A stretch of DNA of 64,000 nt. Source: Eledone cirrhosa (taxonomy: Eukaryota). Location: positions 125,240,001 through 125,304,000 of the forward strand of contig OZ024740.1 of assembly GCA_964016885.1 (NCBI GenBank), written 5' to 3'. This document shows positions 12,931 through 26,329 of the stretch, one piece after another. The notes beneath the pieces were generated by a model. The model had not been told where the DNA came from. It ran no database searches and was given only the letters and a program-made list of their open reading frames with translations. The position numbers were made by a program, and so were the translations under genes. Each line of letters begins with the position of its first letter. The first letter of the stretch is position 1.

Positions 12931-14261
12931 AATAATAATTATCAGGAACAATGTATCAAGATAGCATCGTTATGTATTCAGGTGTGATGTATGTTTCACA
13001 ATCAATTGGCTGAAAATATGATCAGTATTGATTGCATTCGACTCTGAAATTGATAGGTCATCAGACTTGTGGCTTCTGTAATATCAAATGTGGAATACCA
13101 CATTGGCAACCAGAGCTATTGGCATGGAGTGCTGAAACTGATGAGACAATAGTAACTAAAAGTTTCATACCAATATATACAAAGGCTGTGGAATTGAAAT
13201 GAACATGAAATTGAACATGAAATCAAAAAGTTACAATGCAAATTTCTTAACTACAAAGTCATACCTGCCACCATCCTTTTCACATTTGACTGTTATAAAT
13301 GATCTCACTTGTGATAGGAATTAACAATAATTATATTATCATAAAGGAATTGTTACAGTTCTAAATACTGCATACACATCTTGCTGAGTTGTCACTTTCT
13401 TTCAATAAATGAAATATCAATGGATAGGGGAGAACTGAGTATTAAATTATAATAGGCTTTCTTCTTTCAAACAGACCTTGTAGCTTAAAAGGAAATTGGT
13501 AAATTGGCACTGCAAAGGTTGTAGCAGACTCCTTGCATAAACTATAATATGATGTTTATTGTCTCTCATTTTCACCAATCTTTAATTCAATTCATGCACA
13601 AGGTCATTTTGCAATCAGCATAGTAATTAACAACAACCTCACAGCTTCACCTCTAGATCATGTCTCTGCTGTTGTGCAACACATAATTTAGATAATTATT
13701 TTTCAATTTATGAATTAGAAAATTAGCTTTGCCCTTTACTAAAGATGGCATTCAAATTATATTTCTCATTGAATAAGTAATTTTCTAGCTTATATCATCT
13801 ATATTTAGATAGAACATTAACAGTAAATGTGACCCCACAAGGTTGAGGGGATTATTTACAAACACTGAGTTTACACTAGCAATGTGTGGGGTTATACTCT
13901 AAACATTTTTTATTTTCCAATAAGATAATCAAATGTTAAGACATTCCAAACCTCCAAACTCACATAGTTTCATGTTTCTTGTATTATATAGTTAAATGAG
14001 GGCTAACAATATAGTGAGCCAAAAATAATTGTATTTAAAGATTACACCAATAGTGAGGGGAAAAACATAATGCTAGCCTAATGACAGGCTGGTCGAAAAA
14101 ATAAAGGACATCTCAAAACCTAATCTAATTAACATTTGCATGAAGGCATACATTGGGGGGACGGTTTGGTATTTGAAAAGTAGTGACAACTGTGAACTTA
14201 TGCAGAAAACATCCCCGTGTAATTTAACACCAAATCATGTAATTCATTATTATATTCTTTA

Positions 14262-14362
14262 AACCCGCCAAGGTTAACTTTGCCTTTCATCCTTACGGGG
14301 TCGATAAAATAAAGTAATGTACTGGGTAATTGATGGCCTTGTGCCAAAAGTAGAAACAATTA
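14262..14362 (+). mobile_element. 5'-truncated SINE family A with ~15-bp target-site duplication
   Basis: TTATATTCTTTAAAC and TTATGTTCTTTAAAC flank the SINE 3' half. Confidence 0.8.
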
Positions 14363-14884
14363 TGTTCTTTAAACGTTTCATGATTTGAATGTTATTTTTA
14401 GCAGGACAAGTATTAAGTGTTAAGATACTTATCAATCAATCAAACAACCAACCAGCATCTCCCCCCCATCTCTCTCTCTCTCTGACACTCCTCTCAGTAA
14501 TGTTATGCTTTCTTTTACATAATTGGTTGATGACAGTTAAAGTCATTGTGAATTTTGACAATCAGAAACGTTGATAGATAATGACGTGTTTTTTTTTTTT
14601 CCAGACACATGTATATTAGTATTTACCAATGCATATATATCATTATAATTAGATGACTATATATAACATGGGTATTACATATTTGTAGTAAACATTTTCT
14701 AATGTGGAAATGTTCATCTGTTATTAAAATGTCCTCTTGTTTCAGAAATATGACACAAATGTAAATATTAAGTTTAACATATAGAATTACAAATATAAAA
14801 TATATTCTCTTGTCTTACATTTCAGAATTAACATATTTACTTTTCATCGTAAACATTTACGTGTTTGTATGTATGTGGGCATAT

Positions 14885-15010
14885 CGCTCTCTCTCTCTCT
14901 CTCTCTCTCTCTCGCTCTCTCTCTCTCTCGCTCTCTCTCTCTCTCGCTCTGTATATATATATATATATATATACATACACATGCCAAATATGTATATGTG
15001 TGTGTGTGCA
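14885..15010. repeat. Compound microsatellite (CT)n(TA)n(GT)n
   Basis: Directly visible; source of the spurious SLSL/RERE ORFs. Confidence 0.95.
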
Positions 15011-15449
15011 CTGGTGTAGCTCAAGCAACATTATATGTAAAGTGGGTTGTTTTTTTGTGGTGTATGCAGTTCAGGGCAAAATAAGAAGGTTGAACTACAG
15101 GGAGCTGAGGGAGAGAGAAGCAAGAATAAAATAGAATACAATAAATGAGATAAAACTTATTTAGAAACAGTATACGTTTTGTGTTTTATTGTGTTTAGGT
15201 GAATATAGAGGTGTAGAAAGAGGAGTGTGTAGGAGTTGATGTTTGAATTAAGGTTAGGATAAGTATAGTTACCGTGAAAAAGCATGTGATTACACACACA
15301 CATATACAGCCACATATGTACACATACATACATGTTCATACACATAGACTTACTAACACACACACACACACACACATATGTATATATTCATACATATATA
15401 TATAAATTATATATACACAGACACATATATATATACACACACACAGAAA

Positions 15450-16000
15450 CCCAGTGAATGGAGTTCTACTGAAGCAGGTGAAGATATTCAAGTATCTTGG
15501 GGTTATGTTTACAGATGATGGAATGCAGGAGGCTCAATTCAGTGCAAGAATTGCAAGAGCTGTTGCAGTAATGCACCAGCTTCAGCATTCGTTAAACTGA
15601 AGAAGCAAGGCAGGTGTAAAAGCCAACTGGCTATCTTCAATTCAGTGTTTGTGCCAATCTTTCCCTATGATCATGAATCTTGAATAATGACCAAAAGAAT
15701 AGTTGCGAATGCAAGTGGCCGAAATGGCATTCCGTCTATGGGTCTGTGGAGTAATGTTCCTCAATAGAGTGCATAGCTCGGAGATTAGAGAGCCACTCCA
15801 GGTATAACCACTACTTCTCTGATTTGAGAGATCACAGCTCCGATACAACAATCTCAGTATAGAATCGCTGGACAGATTTTACGGGCAAAAACCAGCTGGC
15901 AGGAGATTCAGGTTTGGATAACATCCATGAGCTGGGATGGTCTTGCGTGGAGGTCCAATCGGTCAGTTGGAAACAGATGCTTCTGACGGGACCTGAAAAT
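15450..16000 (+). mobile_element. Decayed RTE-clade LINE 3' coding fragment
   Basis: VNGVLLKQVKIFKYLGVMFTDDG..ARIARA..RMQVAEMAF motifs. Confidence 0.7.
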
Positions 16001-18054
16001 GAGAAGATCAGAGGATGTTGACTTCATCTAACAGGACATTGACCACACAATTCTGAAGGTAGAGTGGCAAAGCAGGTCCTGTAAGATCCATTGCACATAG
16101 TGGAACAGTAAGGTGGATGTCATATCACATGCATTGACAACTTGAAACAAGATACAAGTCTGGAATCTGCCTATGAACTAAAAGTAACAATGATGGACAG
16201 AGAAGTTTGGAGAATGGACTTTATTGACACAGCCTGGGTAATAGCCTAGCTCAAATTACTAAGTATTGTTAGTGAGTAACTTATTTTTCAACTATATTAC
16301 ATCTTAAGATCAGATATAAACTCCAGATCATCTTACCTACTTAAAAGGCATCTGAAAATACAAAACAAGGGAGCTTCTGTATTGTCATTTGACCTGTTAG
16401 AAAGTGACTAAATCTCCCTCAAATGTAACATCTTAAAAAGAAAAAGAAAACACTAAATAATAAGTATCAGATATAATGTGCTAGAGACAAGAAAGTGCTA
16501 GTAACACCATGTGCTATGTATGAGAGATGAAAATTATATGAAGAAATGCCAAATTATCCCAGTAGAAGAAACATGAACAAGACCAAAGAAGATAAGGCAA
16601 GATGTGATCAAAGCTGATCTCACATAGCAGATGGCAAATGACAGCAACAATTGCCAAACCCTCTGCTGGAAAAGACACACAAGCATGATGAAAATAGATA
16701 TATGATGATGATGACATTTTGTTCGAACTAGTTTCAATTAATTATTTTCTTTTAAAAGAATCTAAACACTTCCACCCACACTTGAGGCTGACTGAATTAT
16801 AATAACTTACTAAACCCAGCTTGATACTATGTAAACACCTACATGTAAAACACTCCATGATGATAGGAAATCAAACAGATTGAACCCGAATGTCGATGTA
16901 AATACTGAAAAAGAATGTGTACCTCTTAATAAGGGTAATAGTTTGAAAAATTGTAATCTTATTAATCATCTCAGGCATTTAGAAGATAAATGTTGGCCAG
17001 TTATTTAATATAAGATATATGTTTAAAATATATATATATTTACCACAAGATTTAAAAAACAAAATTAAAATTTAAAAACATTTCATTTCCATAGTTTTTG
17101 TTTTATTTCTATAATAAAAAATGTAATATGCTTAAAGACTAACATTATTCCAATGTTAGAAAATATTTTTTATATCACTGTCATCTTGTGTTATAAAAAA
17201 CAAAACTTATTATTTTGGCTTAGCTAAGGAAAAAATGTAATTATGTATGTAGATATATATTTCTACTGGCTGGTGAATATCATTTTCTTTGGACTGCTTA
17301 GGTTTCTACATGATCATTATTATATTAATTACAACATCCAAAATACTTATACACGGCTAGTTTCAATAATTATGGTAGTCATCCTCTGAACACAAAACCG
17401 TTAGTTAACAGAATATTCTCTATCAACAGACAGGCATCTTGCTAAATATAAGGGGTGATGAAAAAGTTCTGATGTAAAATAATGCTTTTTCTCTACTTCA
17501 TACCCTCAGAATATAAGAGAATTCTATTTCAGTATGGTAATAACTAGTAATTATGAACAAGGAAAATCTTCCCTTGAGATCCATGTTCTTACACTATGTT
17601 TATTTGATGTGAGAGAGAATCTCTTCAAGATGCAAAGAAATGAATTAGAAACCCAAGATATTCAGATTATTATGTTTCCAATAGATAATAGGAGAGTAGA
17701 TGCATTTAAATATCCACGTATATGCTAACGAGCATGATTGTCTTGCATTGGCTAGCTTAAACTTTAGAAGTTTGTACAGCAAATTAGAGATTTAGTTGTG
17801 AAGCACTCTAGTTCTAACTGGGTTTGATGATAAATATAGAGAAGTGGCTAAACACCTTAATAGTGAATAGCATACAAATATGTGAGATAAGCATACACAT
17901 ATCATGTATTATATTAGACATTTTTCTAGAATATGCAGGGCATGATCTCAAAGTCTCTTCCTTGAAACAACGATTGACAGGTTTCAGAATCATAAAAGAA
18001 TAAGTGAATAAAATAAAAAATAATAATAATATAAAACATTTAATAATGAAACAC

Positions 18055-18113
18055 CTTGTTTTATAAACTTTATATAGATTATCTGACTCAAGATCTCCTG
18101 ATTGGTCATATAA
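18055..18113 (-). pseudogene. Exon of degenerate host gene
   Basis: TTTTACACTCACAG acceptor; YMTNQEILSQIIYIKFIKQ; phase-compatible with exon 18233-18299. Confidence 0.55.
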
Positions 18114-18232
18114 CTGTGAGTGTAAAAGGAAACATAGTTTTGATATTTTCAATAAAAATACTGTAGTGGTCGTTTCTCCCTCTCCTCTTCTCACTGTTTG
18201 GAATATTTCAACTTCACAAAAATACCACTTAC

Positions 18233-18299
18233 ATAATGTTATTACTGATTATAGTAAAAACTATTATCCCATCATTCACACTGTTTATTGACCAAGGAA
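18233..18299 (-). pseudogene. Exon of degenerate host gene
   Basis: GTAAGT donor; PWSINSVNDGIIVFTIISNNI; phases match both neighbouring exons. Confidence 0.55.
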
Positions 18300-19593
18300 C
18301 TGTTTTTTTTTGTTTTGTTAAGAAGAAAGTCTTTTGTAAATAATGAAATAATGAATATAAACCATCAAACATGTTGACTTCCATCCTAGCAGTTTACAAT
18401 GATTCTCAACTTAATAATGAAGTTACTACATTATTACTCAAATAAATCAAAAAAGTTTTTGTTTCATACATGTTTTATCAATTCTAAACTTTAAGTAGTT
18501 TGTTCAATAGACCACAGTTAGACAGTTGAATGAAGCCAAACATACTCTAAGGAAAACTGTAAATTCAAATATTTTATCAGTCATATTTCTGCAGATATCA
18601 ATTTAAAGCATTTGATATTCCTATATTTCAATGCAAAATGAAATTCAGGTCACAAGAGAATATCAATGATTTCTTACTTACACATAAGATCTCATATTTA
18701 TAGTGAATAAAAAGGAGACTGTTCATACTTCTCATAAGAGATTTCTTTATGTAAATAATGAGACATTAGTTACTATAAACCAATTTAAAACGAATTGCAA
18801 GCATGACTGTAAGTTTACTACATATGTCTTTATATTGATAATGTTTAATGCAAGTGGATTTGTTTGTTTATGTCCTGTGTAGACAATGTATCACAGAATA
18901 GAGGTCAATAAAGATGAGTGACATGTGCCATATTCATAATATAAAATATGGACTGGTATCAGGAAAGACATCCTGCCAGAGAAACATTTTCTGAAATGTC
19001 TTATCTAAAGCATGCTAGCACAGACAAATGCTGATGAATACTTGGCTTACATGTATGTTGTCACTATTAAACAAACATTTTGAAATTATTCATCTCAAGA
19101 ATATTTTAATTTACATTATACTTCAAGTACTAGGTTCTCTTATCTTCATGCTTTATATAGTTGCATGTTTTATAGAAAACCGATTGAGAAATGAGAGTAA
19201 AGTGCATGAGTCAGCTTTGCAATAAGTATTCAGTTCTTTGATCAAGTGAACTACCTGCTTATTGAATTAAATGCATATGTACTCTTAACACAATCCCAGT
19301 ACAGAATAAGTATGACAGTTTATGACAAGGCTCGACTTTTGAATTAGTTACAATCCATCCAATGGTCATGTGCTCAGTTTCTACCAACCCAATTTCCCTC
19401 ACAAGTCTTGGCTAATGCAGGGCTATGGTAAAACCACTTGCCAAAGATACCAAGATACCAGAAAATGGGATCAAACATGGGACCAACGTTGTGAATATAG
19501 TGCAAACTGCTTAATCATTCAACCACACTGTGGAGATGACAGTAACAGCTGGAAATATCCAAATAATCCTTGGTGAATAAACATTTAATATAC

Positions 19594-19653
19594 TTTCTTT
19601 TTAGTAACATGGATATTGAATGTGTTGAACCAACTTGATTACTATAAATGTTC
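19594..19653 (-). pseudogene. Exon of degenerate host gene (in-frame TAA)
   Basis: CATTCAG acceptor; TFIVIKLVQHIQYPCY*KE in the frame compatible with both neighbours. Confidence 0.5.
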
Positions 19654-19994
19654 CTGAATGTATGGAGGGATAATTCATTATCACCAATCCGATTCAAAAG
19701 ATAGTTTTTATGAAGATATTAGATACATCTCACTCTTGGTCTATCACAGGGAACATAACAAAATGATGTGGCATCTAGCTTTGAAAATTATGTAAAATAA
19801 ATTTTGTGAAATAAATTTTGTAAAATTAAGTGTACAGCTCAAATATGCATTATCTGTGGCTCTTAATTCAAGAATTATAAGTTGGTAGTTCAATATGATA
19901 TCCAGTTGATCATTATACTTATGTATGAATTACATGAGTTTAGAACTAACAGATTACATAGAAAATTAGATGAATAATTGAAAATCTGAAGCAT

Positions 19995-20089
19995 CAGAAG
20001 TATGAAAATATAAATTGAATTATTCATCTCAATTATAATTATCAATTATAATTGAGATGAATAATTCAATTTATATTTTCATACTTCTG
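19995..20089. repeat. Perfect palindrome, 46-bp arms, 3-nt spacer
   Basis: 19995-20040 is the exact reverse complement of 20044-20089. Confidence 0.95.
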
Positions 20090-21108
20090 GTTGTATTTTT
20101 AAAAAGTACAAACCAATTATTATATGACTATCAATATGTATCAGTATATATTCCCACACAGGGTATACCTATGCTAGAAAAAGCAACCTCCTTCATGTGA
20201 CCCTATACCACAAGAAACAATGAAAGGATATATTGAACAATGTAGTCCCAGATAATCCTGGAATACAGTTTCATTGTAAATCAGCTTAGATAAGGCTCAC
20301 TAAAATAAACCACAACATACATATACTGATGTACATTTATAGACCTTTCAATGCATCATATGTCAAACTGTACTGTTTAAGAACCATAGTCTAAAATGCA
20401 AACAATCCACCTATGTTGTCTCTTGACTAATCCCTGTACATGCTCGTCGTTTTATGTCAAGTTTTCCATGTTAGACAGATTATTACACATCAAATCTATA
20501 ATGTACTGTCAAGTCAATATATATCAAGTCCATACGCTCAGGTTTTTACATATCAATTTCATACTCCTTGACAGCTTGAGTGACTATGTCTCACTATTGA
20601 CATTCTGTGGCAGTCGATGACACAAACGAAGTTTGAACCGTCATTCTCTGCATTTTCGGGTTGTGTTCAACTTCTGAACATTTCATAGTTATGCTGTTTC
20701 AATTTTGTCTAATCCTCACATACATCTGAAACTCATTTGGGAATATCAGTCCAAGTACCTCCTTCACTCCCCTCTATCCATCTCAGGTATCCTTTCCACC
20801 TAGAAAGTTCAATTCTTTTCTCACATCATACACTTTTTCCATGCCTGCCATCAACAACCATAAAGTGATCAAAGAATATTAATCTTTGTTTGATGATACT
20901 TCCAAAATACTTTGAGGATTCACATGCTTCAGTATTGATTTGATTGTTCTATTTTTCATCCACTCTCTTCAGAAATAACATTAGGGGCTTCTAATTAATG
21001 CTTGAAAATAAATAGAAAAAAAAATCATATCATGAATTTGGCATGTGCTGAACCGGTTTTAAGAATAGGACAAATAATAAGCAAGACATATTCCAGTTAA
21101 AAATTTAC

Positions 21109-21181
21109 CATTTGGTTTAGATATAAGACACAAATGAACATGTATGTGCACATTTTCATTTGTTTGTTTTCTTTTTCCAAA
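21109..21181 (-). pseudogene. Exon of degenerate host gene
   Basis: TATCAG acceptor, GTAAAT donor; FGKRKQTNENVHIHVHLCLISKPN; phase 0 to phase 1. Confidence 0.5.
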
Positions 21182-22434
21182 CTGATATATATAAAAGACA
21201 CATTATTGATTAAATGTCTAAGTGGTAAATAAAATTTGACGGTATAAAAACTTGATAACTGTTAAAAATGTTATAACTGCTGACAGGAAAAGAACAATTC
21301 TTGATTTGTGTCAGCCTGAATTTAATTTGAAATATATGTTAATCAAACTCATGCTGATACTTATGCAGACAGAGCAAAGTTATGGCTAAGTTGTGACCAT
21401 CCCATTTATTTTATATATCAGAGGTTTGTGCTGTAGTGTCTAATATATCTGGTAAAATTGAAGTTGGTAAAGTTTGATTTGAGCAAAAGATTTGCTACTA
21501 TTTCAAGCAGGGTATGTTGAACATAGATATGCTCTATCTTTTTATGTCAGGTCACTCTTGAGTGCTACTGGTAGCGTGTAACCCAGTACAACCTGTCACA
21601 TGGTTGGGTCATCAGTGACTAAACTGGCAACCCTACCAAGTTTACTTGGTGAGGAGGGTGATTTTGGACACCCTGCAGGACAAAAAACAAAACATGACAA
21701 AGGGCGGAAGAACTCATGTGAGTTAACGGCCATCTAAAAATAATAAATCCTACCAAATCAATGGGTGGCAGTAGTTCCAGCTGCATGCATCGAAATACTG
21801 GTGTAGTGGTTCTGAGAACAATGTGGCTTGCAGATGATCAATTCAAATTGACAATGGAAAGGTGCTCCTGCTCGAGTTAGAAGAGAACTATTGACCTCCA
21901 GAAGAAGCAGCGACCTCTGATTGTATTCAGCAACCGAAACAAATATGAAGTACACCAAATCCAGTGCTCCTAGAGGCAGCCCTGGTTCTTCTTATTTGCA
22001 AGTGTAAACTCGGCCAGATTAGATTAGATTAGATTTTAACCAAGTTATTGCTTCTTAGTTCAAACAATACACAATTAGACTGAAACAACAATTCCAGAAT
22101 TTATCATGTACACAACAACTTACCTTCGATCTGTTATATCACTCCATTCCACTTACTCCCTGTTTTTCTTTCTAGTTTGTCTTATCTATTTTCTCTCTTT
22201 CTCTAAGTATTTTATACAAGATGCACTACTCTGTTTTACTATATAAGATACAATGCATAGAGTCATCAGTTAAAACATCTCTAAAACAGCCAACAATAAC
22301 AACAACATCAATAGATGTCATCGTATGTTTGGGGTACTCCTATTGGGTAGGTATAAGCTTAATAGAATTTTGCCAGGTTATCTTGTAAATTGAAAATGAT
22401 GGTATGTGATATGATGATATATTATGGTATTTTA

Positions 22435-22474
<40 letters not shown>

Positions 22475-22489
22475 ACAATCAGACATAAA

Positions 22490-22994
22490 TATATATCACC
22501 ACTGTTGACAACAAAACGTTTCTCCCTATGTACAATAAGACAGCTGTATGACACCTGTGTGCAAATTGCAATGCTGCATGCTAGTAAAACATGGGCTGTG
22601 CCTGCAGAGGACATGCATAGATTGAAGAGAAATGAGCAACCATGCTTTGTTGGATGTGCAATGTAAGTGTGAGAGAAAGGCAGGGCTGATGGAGAAGCTA
22701 GGTTTAGGAGGAATCTAAGTTGGTGTGCAGTAAATAAGACTGCATTGGTATGGACATGTGATGCACATGGACAATGACCAATGGGTGAAGAAATGCTAAG
22801 AGATCTCAGTGGATGGAAGCTGCAGTAAAGGACGACCAAGACCTAGGCAGAGGTTGTGAGAGCTGAACTCAAATCGCTAAGACTGGAAGCAGAGATGTCG
22901 AAGGAATGTGACAAGTGGAAAGATGCCATGCTGAGAAGAACCCATCCAAACCATGCAGACAGGAGGAAAAACAGACGTAAAAATGATGATGATG

Positions 22995-22996
<2 letters not shown>
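22490..22996 (+). mobile_element. RTE LINE 3' fragment between two (TA)n arrays
   Basis: LYDTCVQIAMLHASKTWAV..LHWYGHVM; tail CCATGC..GACGTAAAAA(TGA)n. Confidence 0.85.
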
Positions 22997-23038
<42 letters not shown>

Positions 23039-24551
23039 ATATAAATGTATGTAGAACAAGGAATATGTATTTTTATATACACATGTATATGCCTATATGT
23101 ATCTGTGCATGTATATAGAAATATATATGCATGTTTGTATGTGTAAAACATATGTATATATGTTGTGGTGTGCTGATAGCATGGATTGCCATGACTCTCC
23201 TCCATCCAACACTGTCATTTGTTGTCCATAGCAACTCCTCCAGATTACACTTAGCATCCTCACATAGCTTTTTGGGGGTAGGTTCTGTAATGTCTGCTCA
23301 TTTTAGTTACCTATGCCTTGGTGTCCACGGGAGATTTTACTCAATTTCAAGTATCAAATGCTCCAGCAAAATCATTATTTCAACACAAATTATGTATCTC
23401 TTGGGCATCTATCATCTTCTAACCTCTTTATATTTTTCAAAAATCTTTGGCTAAGATTAAAATGTAGTATATATTTTCAAAATAACCATGATATCTTTAT
23501 GTGTATTGCTAGTGTATATATGATCATGGGAATGAAGTAGAAGAGATTGTTGATATATGTAAAAGCGTGAAGGCACGTGGCTTAATGTTTAGCGTGTTAG
23601 ATTCACAATCGTGTGGGTGTGAGTTCAATTCTCGGACCAGACAATGCATTGTGTTCTTGAGCAAGACACTTTATTTTCATGTTGCTCAGCAAGCGGATGA
23701 GGTCTGGGATCTTGTCGATCATTTAAAGGAAGGTGTGTTTTAGCATATGAGATTGTGTATGTTTGTGTACAAATCGCACTAGTAAAATCAACATTTGAGG
23801 ATTTGATTGTGTATTATGGAATGTGCATAAGCAAGCATACCAGAATATGCAATATGGTTGCTAAGTAATTCAAACCTGATAATTTTGTTAGTAATCTAAG
23901 ACAATAATGTAAATTTAGAAATGCCTGTATGTCTATATACATGTATACCTGTTAAAAAATATATATATATGTATTTTATACAGTATGAATTAGCCACTGG
24001 TGACAAAACCAAGAGTCCCAGTCAACCCAAGATGTAAAAGAAATTTGACTACTGCAAGTAGAGTAAATTGTTATTTATAACTCTATAAGTTAAAAACCCC
24101 AACATTAACTTTACATTTATGGTTATATTTACAAGAGTGCAGTTTCAAATCATAAAAAAGAGTTTAGTGAGTAAAGAAGTAATGAAAAAAAAAACAGAAA
24201 AAAAAACAATTACCTTCTTTTTAATATGTCAGGTAAGATGACAATTTATCAAAAGAAAATATATATGTATAATCACAGCAATGATTGGTTAACATTTTAT
24301 TTCCATGGAAGCAAGTATTGGCAAAAGAAAATGACTACATATAATGAAAATTGAGTGTGGGAACATTGAACTGATCATGTAAATGGAAAGGCAGCAATTA
24401 GGTATATAGATAGAACATTAATCTGAGTTAAATCATAAATAAATCTGACAATACTGTAAACTTTTAACCATTTTGAGATATAATTCTAAATTCTACCAGA
24501 ATAGACAAGACAGGACTTTTTTTTTTTTTTTATAAATTATTACAGAAATAC

Positions 24552-24673
24552 ATATTTATATTTTTATTTGTTAGCAATTGTAGCATCATTTATTACAGTT
24601 TTCCAGTGACATAGTCACTAGTGCATTGTATTTTTAATGGTGAAAGTTACAAGGGAGTGTCTGTACCACGGTG
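24552..24673 (-). pseudogene. Exon of degenerate host gene (3 in-frame stops)
   Basis: TTTTTACAG acceptor, GTATTT donor; PWYRHSLVTFTIKNTMH**LCHWKTVINDATIANK*KYKY; ends in phase 0, matching 21181. Confidence 0.45.
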
Positions 24674-26194
24674 CTGTAAAAATATCACTAGAGACTTTAT
24701 TCAAAAAGCAATTTATTTTTTTCCTGGCCATGGATGCATACACAACACATACACTCATCCGCATTGTTTTACGTCTGCTTTCATGCTAGCAAGTGTTGAA
24801 TAAATTGTTATTGTCAGAGTTCGTCTTAATTTGAATTATTGCCCTTCCATAGATGTGTCAGAAGGCAACATCTCACTCATGTTCCATGTTTTGGCATGGT
24901 TTCTATGGCTGCAAACACCAATTATTTACAAAGTATACTGAGTGCATTTTATCATGTCACAAGTTTCGGGATGATGTTATGTTCTCATTGAAATTAAAGA
25001 GTCCTCAAGAGACTATATTGTCTGTTAATTTGCCAACCAGATTACAGAGACAATTGAGTGTACTTTATCACAAAGACACAAACACATGAAAGGTGTCCAT
25101 GATACCTATATTGTTTCAAGTCTTTCAGGGTAAATATGTCTATCAATAGAAAAACATGAGAACTAAGACGATGAACGAAGAGAGAGTATGAATGTGACAT
25201 GGAAACAGAGTGATATGGTAGTAAGGTGGTAGTAATAAAAGGAAAGCAATAGCTACATGCTGGTTATTATTAAGGAGATTGGATAAAGAAAGCATTATCA
25301 GTGTGCTGGGATAGCAATTAGAGGGATGATTAAAGAGACTCTCTGATAGATAACAGAGCTGGACAATCATGAGAATGGTAGATATCAGTGATAAGTTACA
25401 TAGGGAAGGGAATCATGGTTCGTAGTATAGAATAATGATGGTATAGAGCAGAGGTGGGGAACCTGCGGCCTTGAGGCTGAATCCGGCCTCCTTGAGTTTT
25501 CTTGTGCGGCCTTCATAAAAGCTATCTCTTTTATTAATTAATAATTTATCATTTAGATTACAACAATTTCAAAAATAATGGAATTAAATAAGAACGGTAT
25601 GAATGTAAGTTTCAGTGACTACTGGTGGTAATAGCCAATTGTAGAATGCCAGGTGGCGTTCTACAATTGGCTGTTGTAAAAAAGACGCTTGTGACTTGTC
25701 ATTTGTCAATCTTGTAACGTGCTTGTGACAGTCTCGTCTCGTATTGCTACCGGCCATTGTGAAAATCTAGTTATTATTGTTTTAATTAACGAGTAAGTTA
25801 CCCGTTCTTTGTGCGTGATGAATAAAAATATGTTAAAAATCAAATAGATATTGATTGGTTAAATTAACCAATTAAAGACCAATTTATTGTATCAAAATTA
25901 AAAGTACACGCATATAGTATTATATAAATGTAAAATATGAAAAATTATGAATTTTGAAAAACAGAATCATAGACTACCTTTCGTACTTTTCTAGACATAG
26001 TTATAATAGATGATGGTCCATTTCGTGGCCTTGATAACGGCCATGTGTAAAAAAAGGAGATAGATGCCAAATAGGAGATAGATAGATCACAAATAAATTA
26101 TTCTCCAAACTTTTTAATATATAATATAGATTTGTGGTTTTACTAGTACACGGTGTTATTGTATTGCTAGCAAGTATACGCTTTCTTAAAGATA

Positions 26195-26307
26195 AATTCC
26201 CGCCGAGGTTAACGTTGCCTTTCATCCTTACGGGGTCGATAAAATAAAGCACCAGTAATGTACTGGGATAATTGCTGGCCTTGTGCCAAAAAGTAGAAAC
26301 AATTATT
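26195..26307 (+). mobile_element. SINE family A 3' half inserted inside the hAT element
   Basis: Matches the SINE A 3' part (CTTTCATCCTTACGGGGTCGATAAAATAAAG..GTAGAAACAATTAT). Confidence 0.85.
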
Positions 26308-26329
26308 TGATATTTGTTTTTACTCCATC

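Noticed and set aside
14810-15375. ORFs rich in SLSL/RERE/YIYI/CVCV
   Set aside because: Translations of dinucleotide microsatellites, not genes (also 2498-2836, 3209-3427, 22843-23205).
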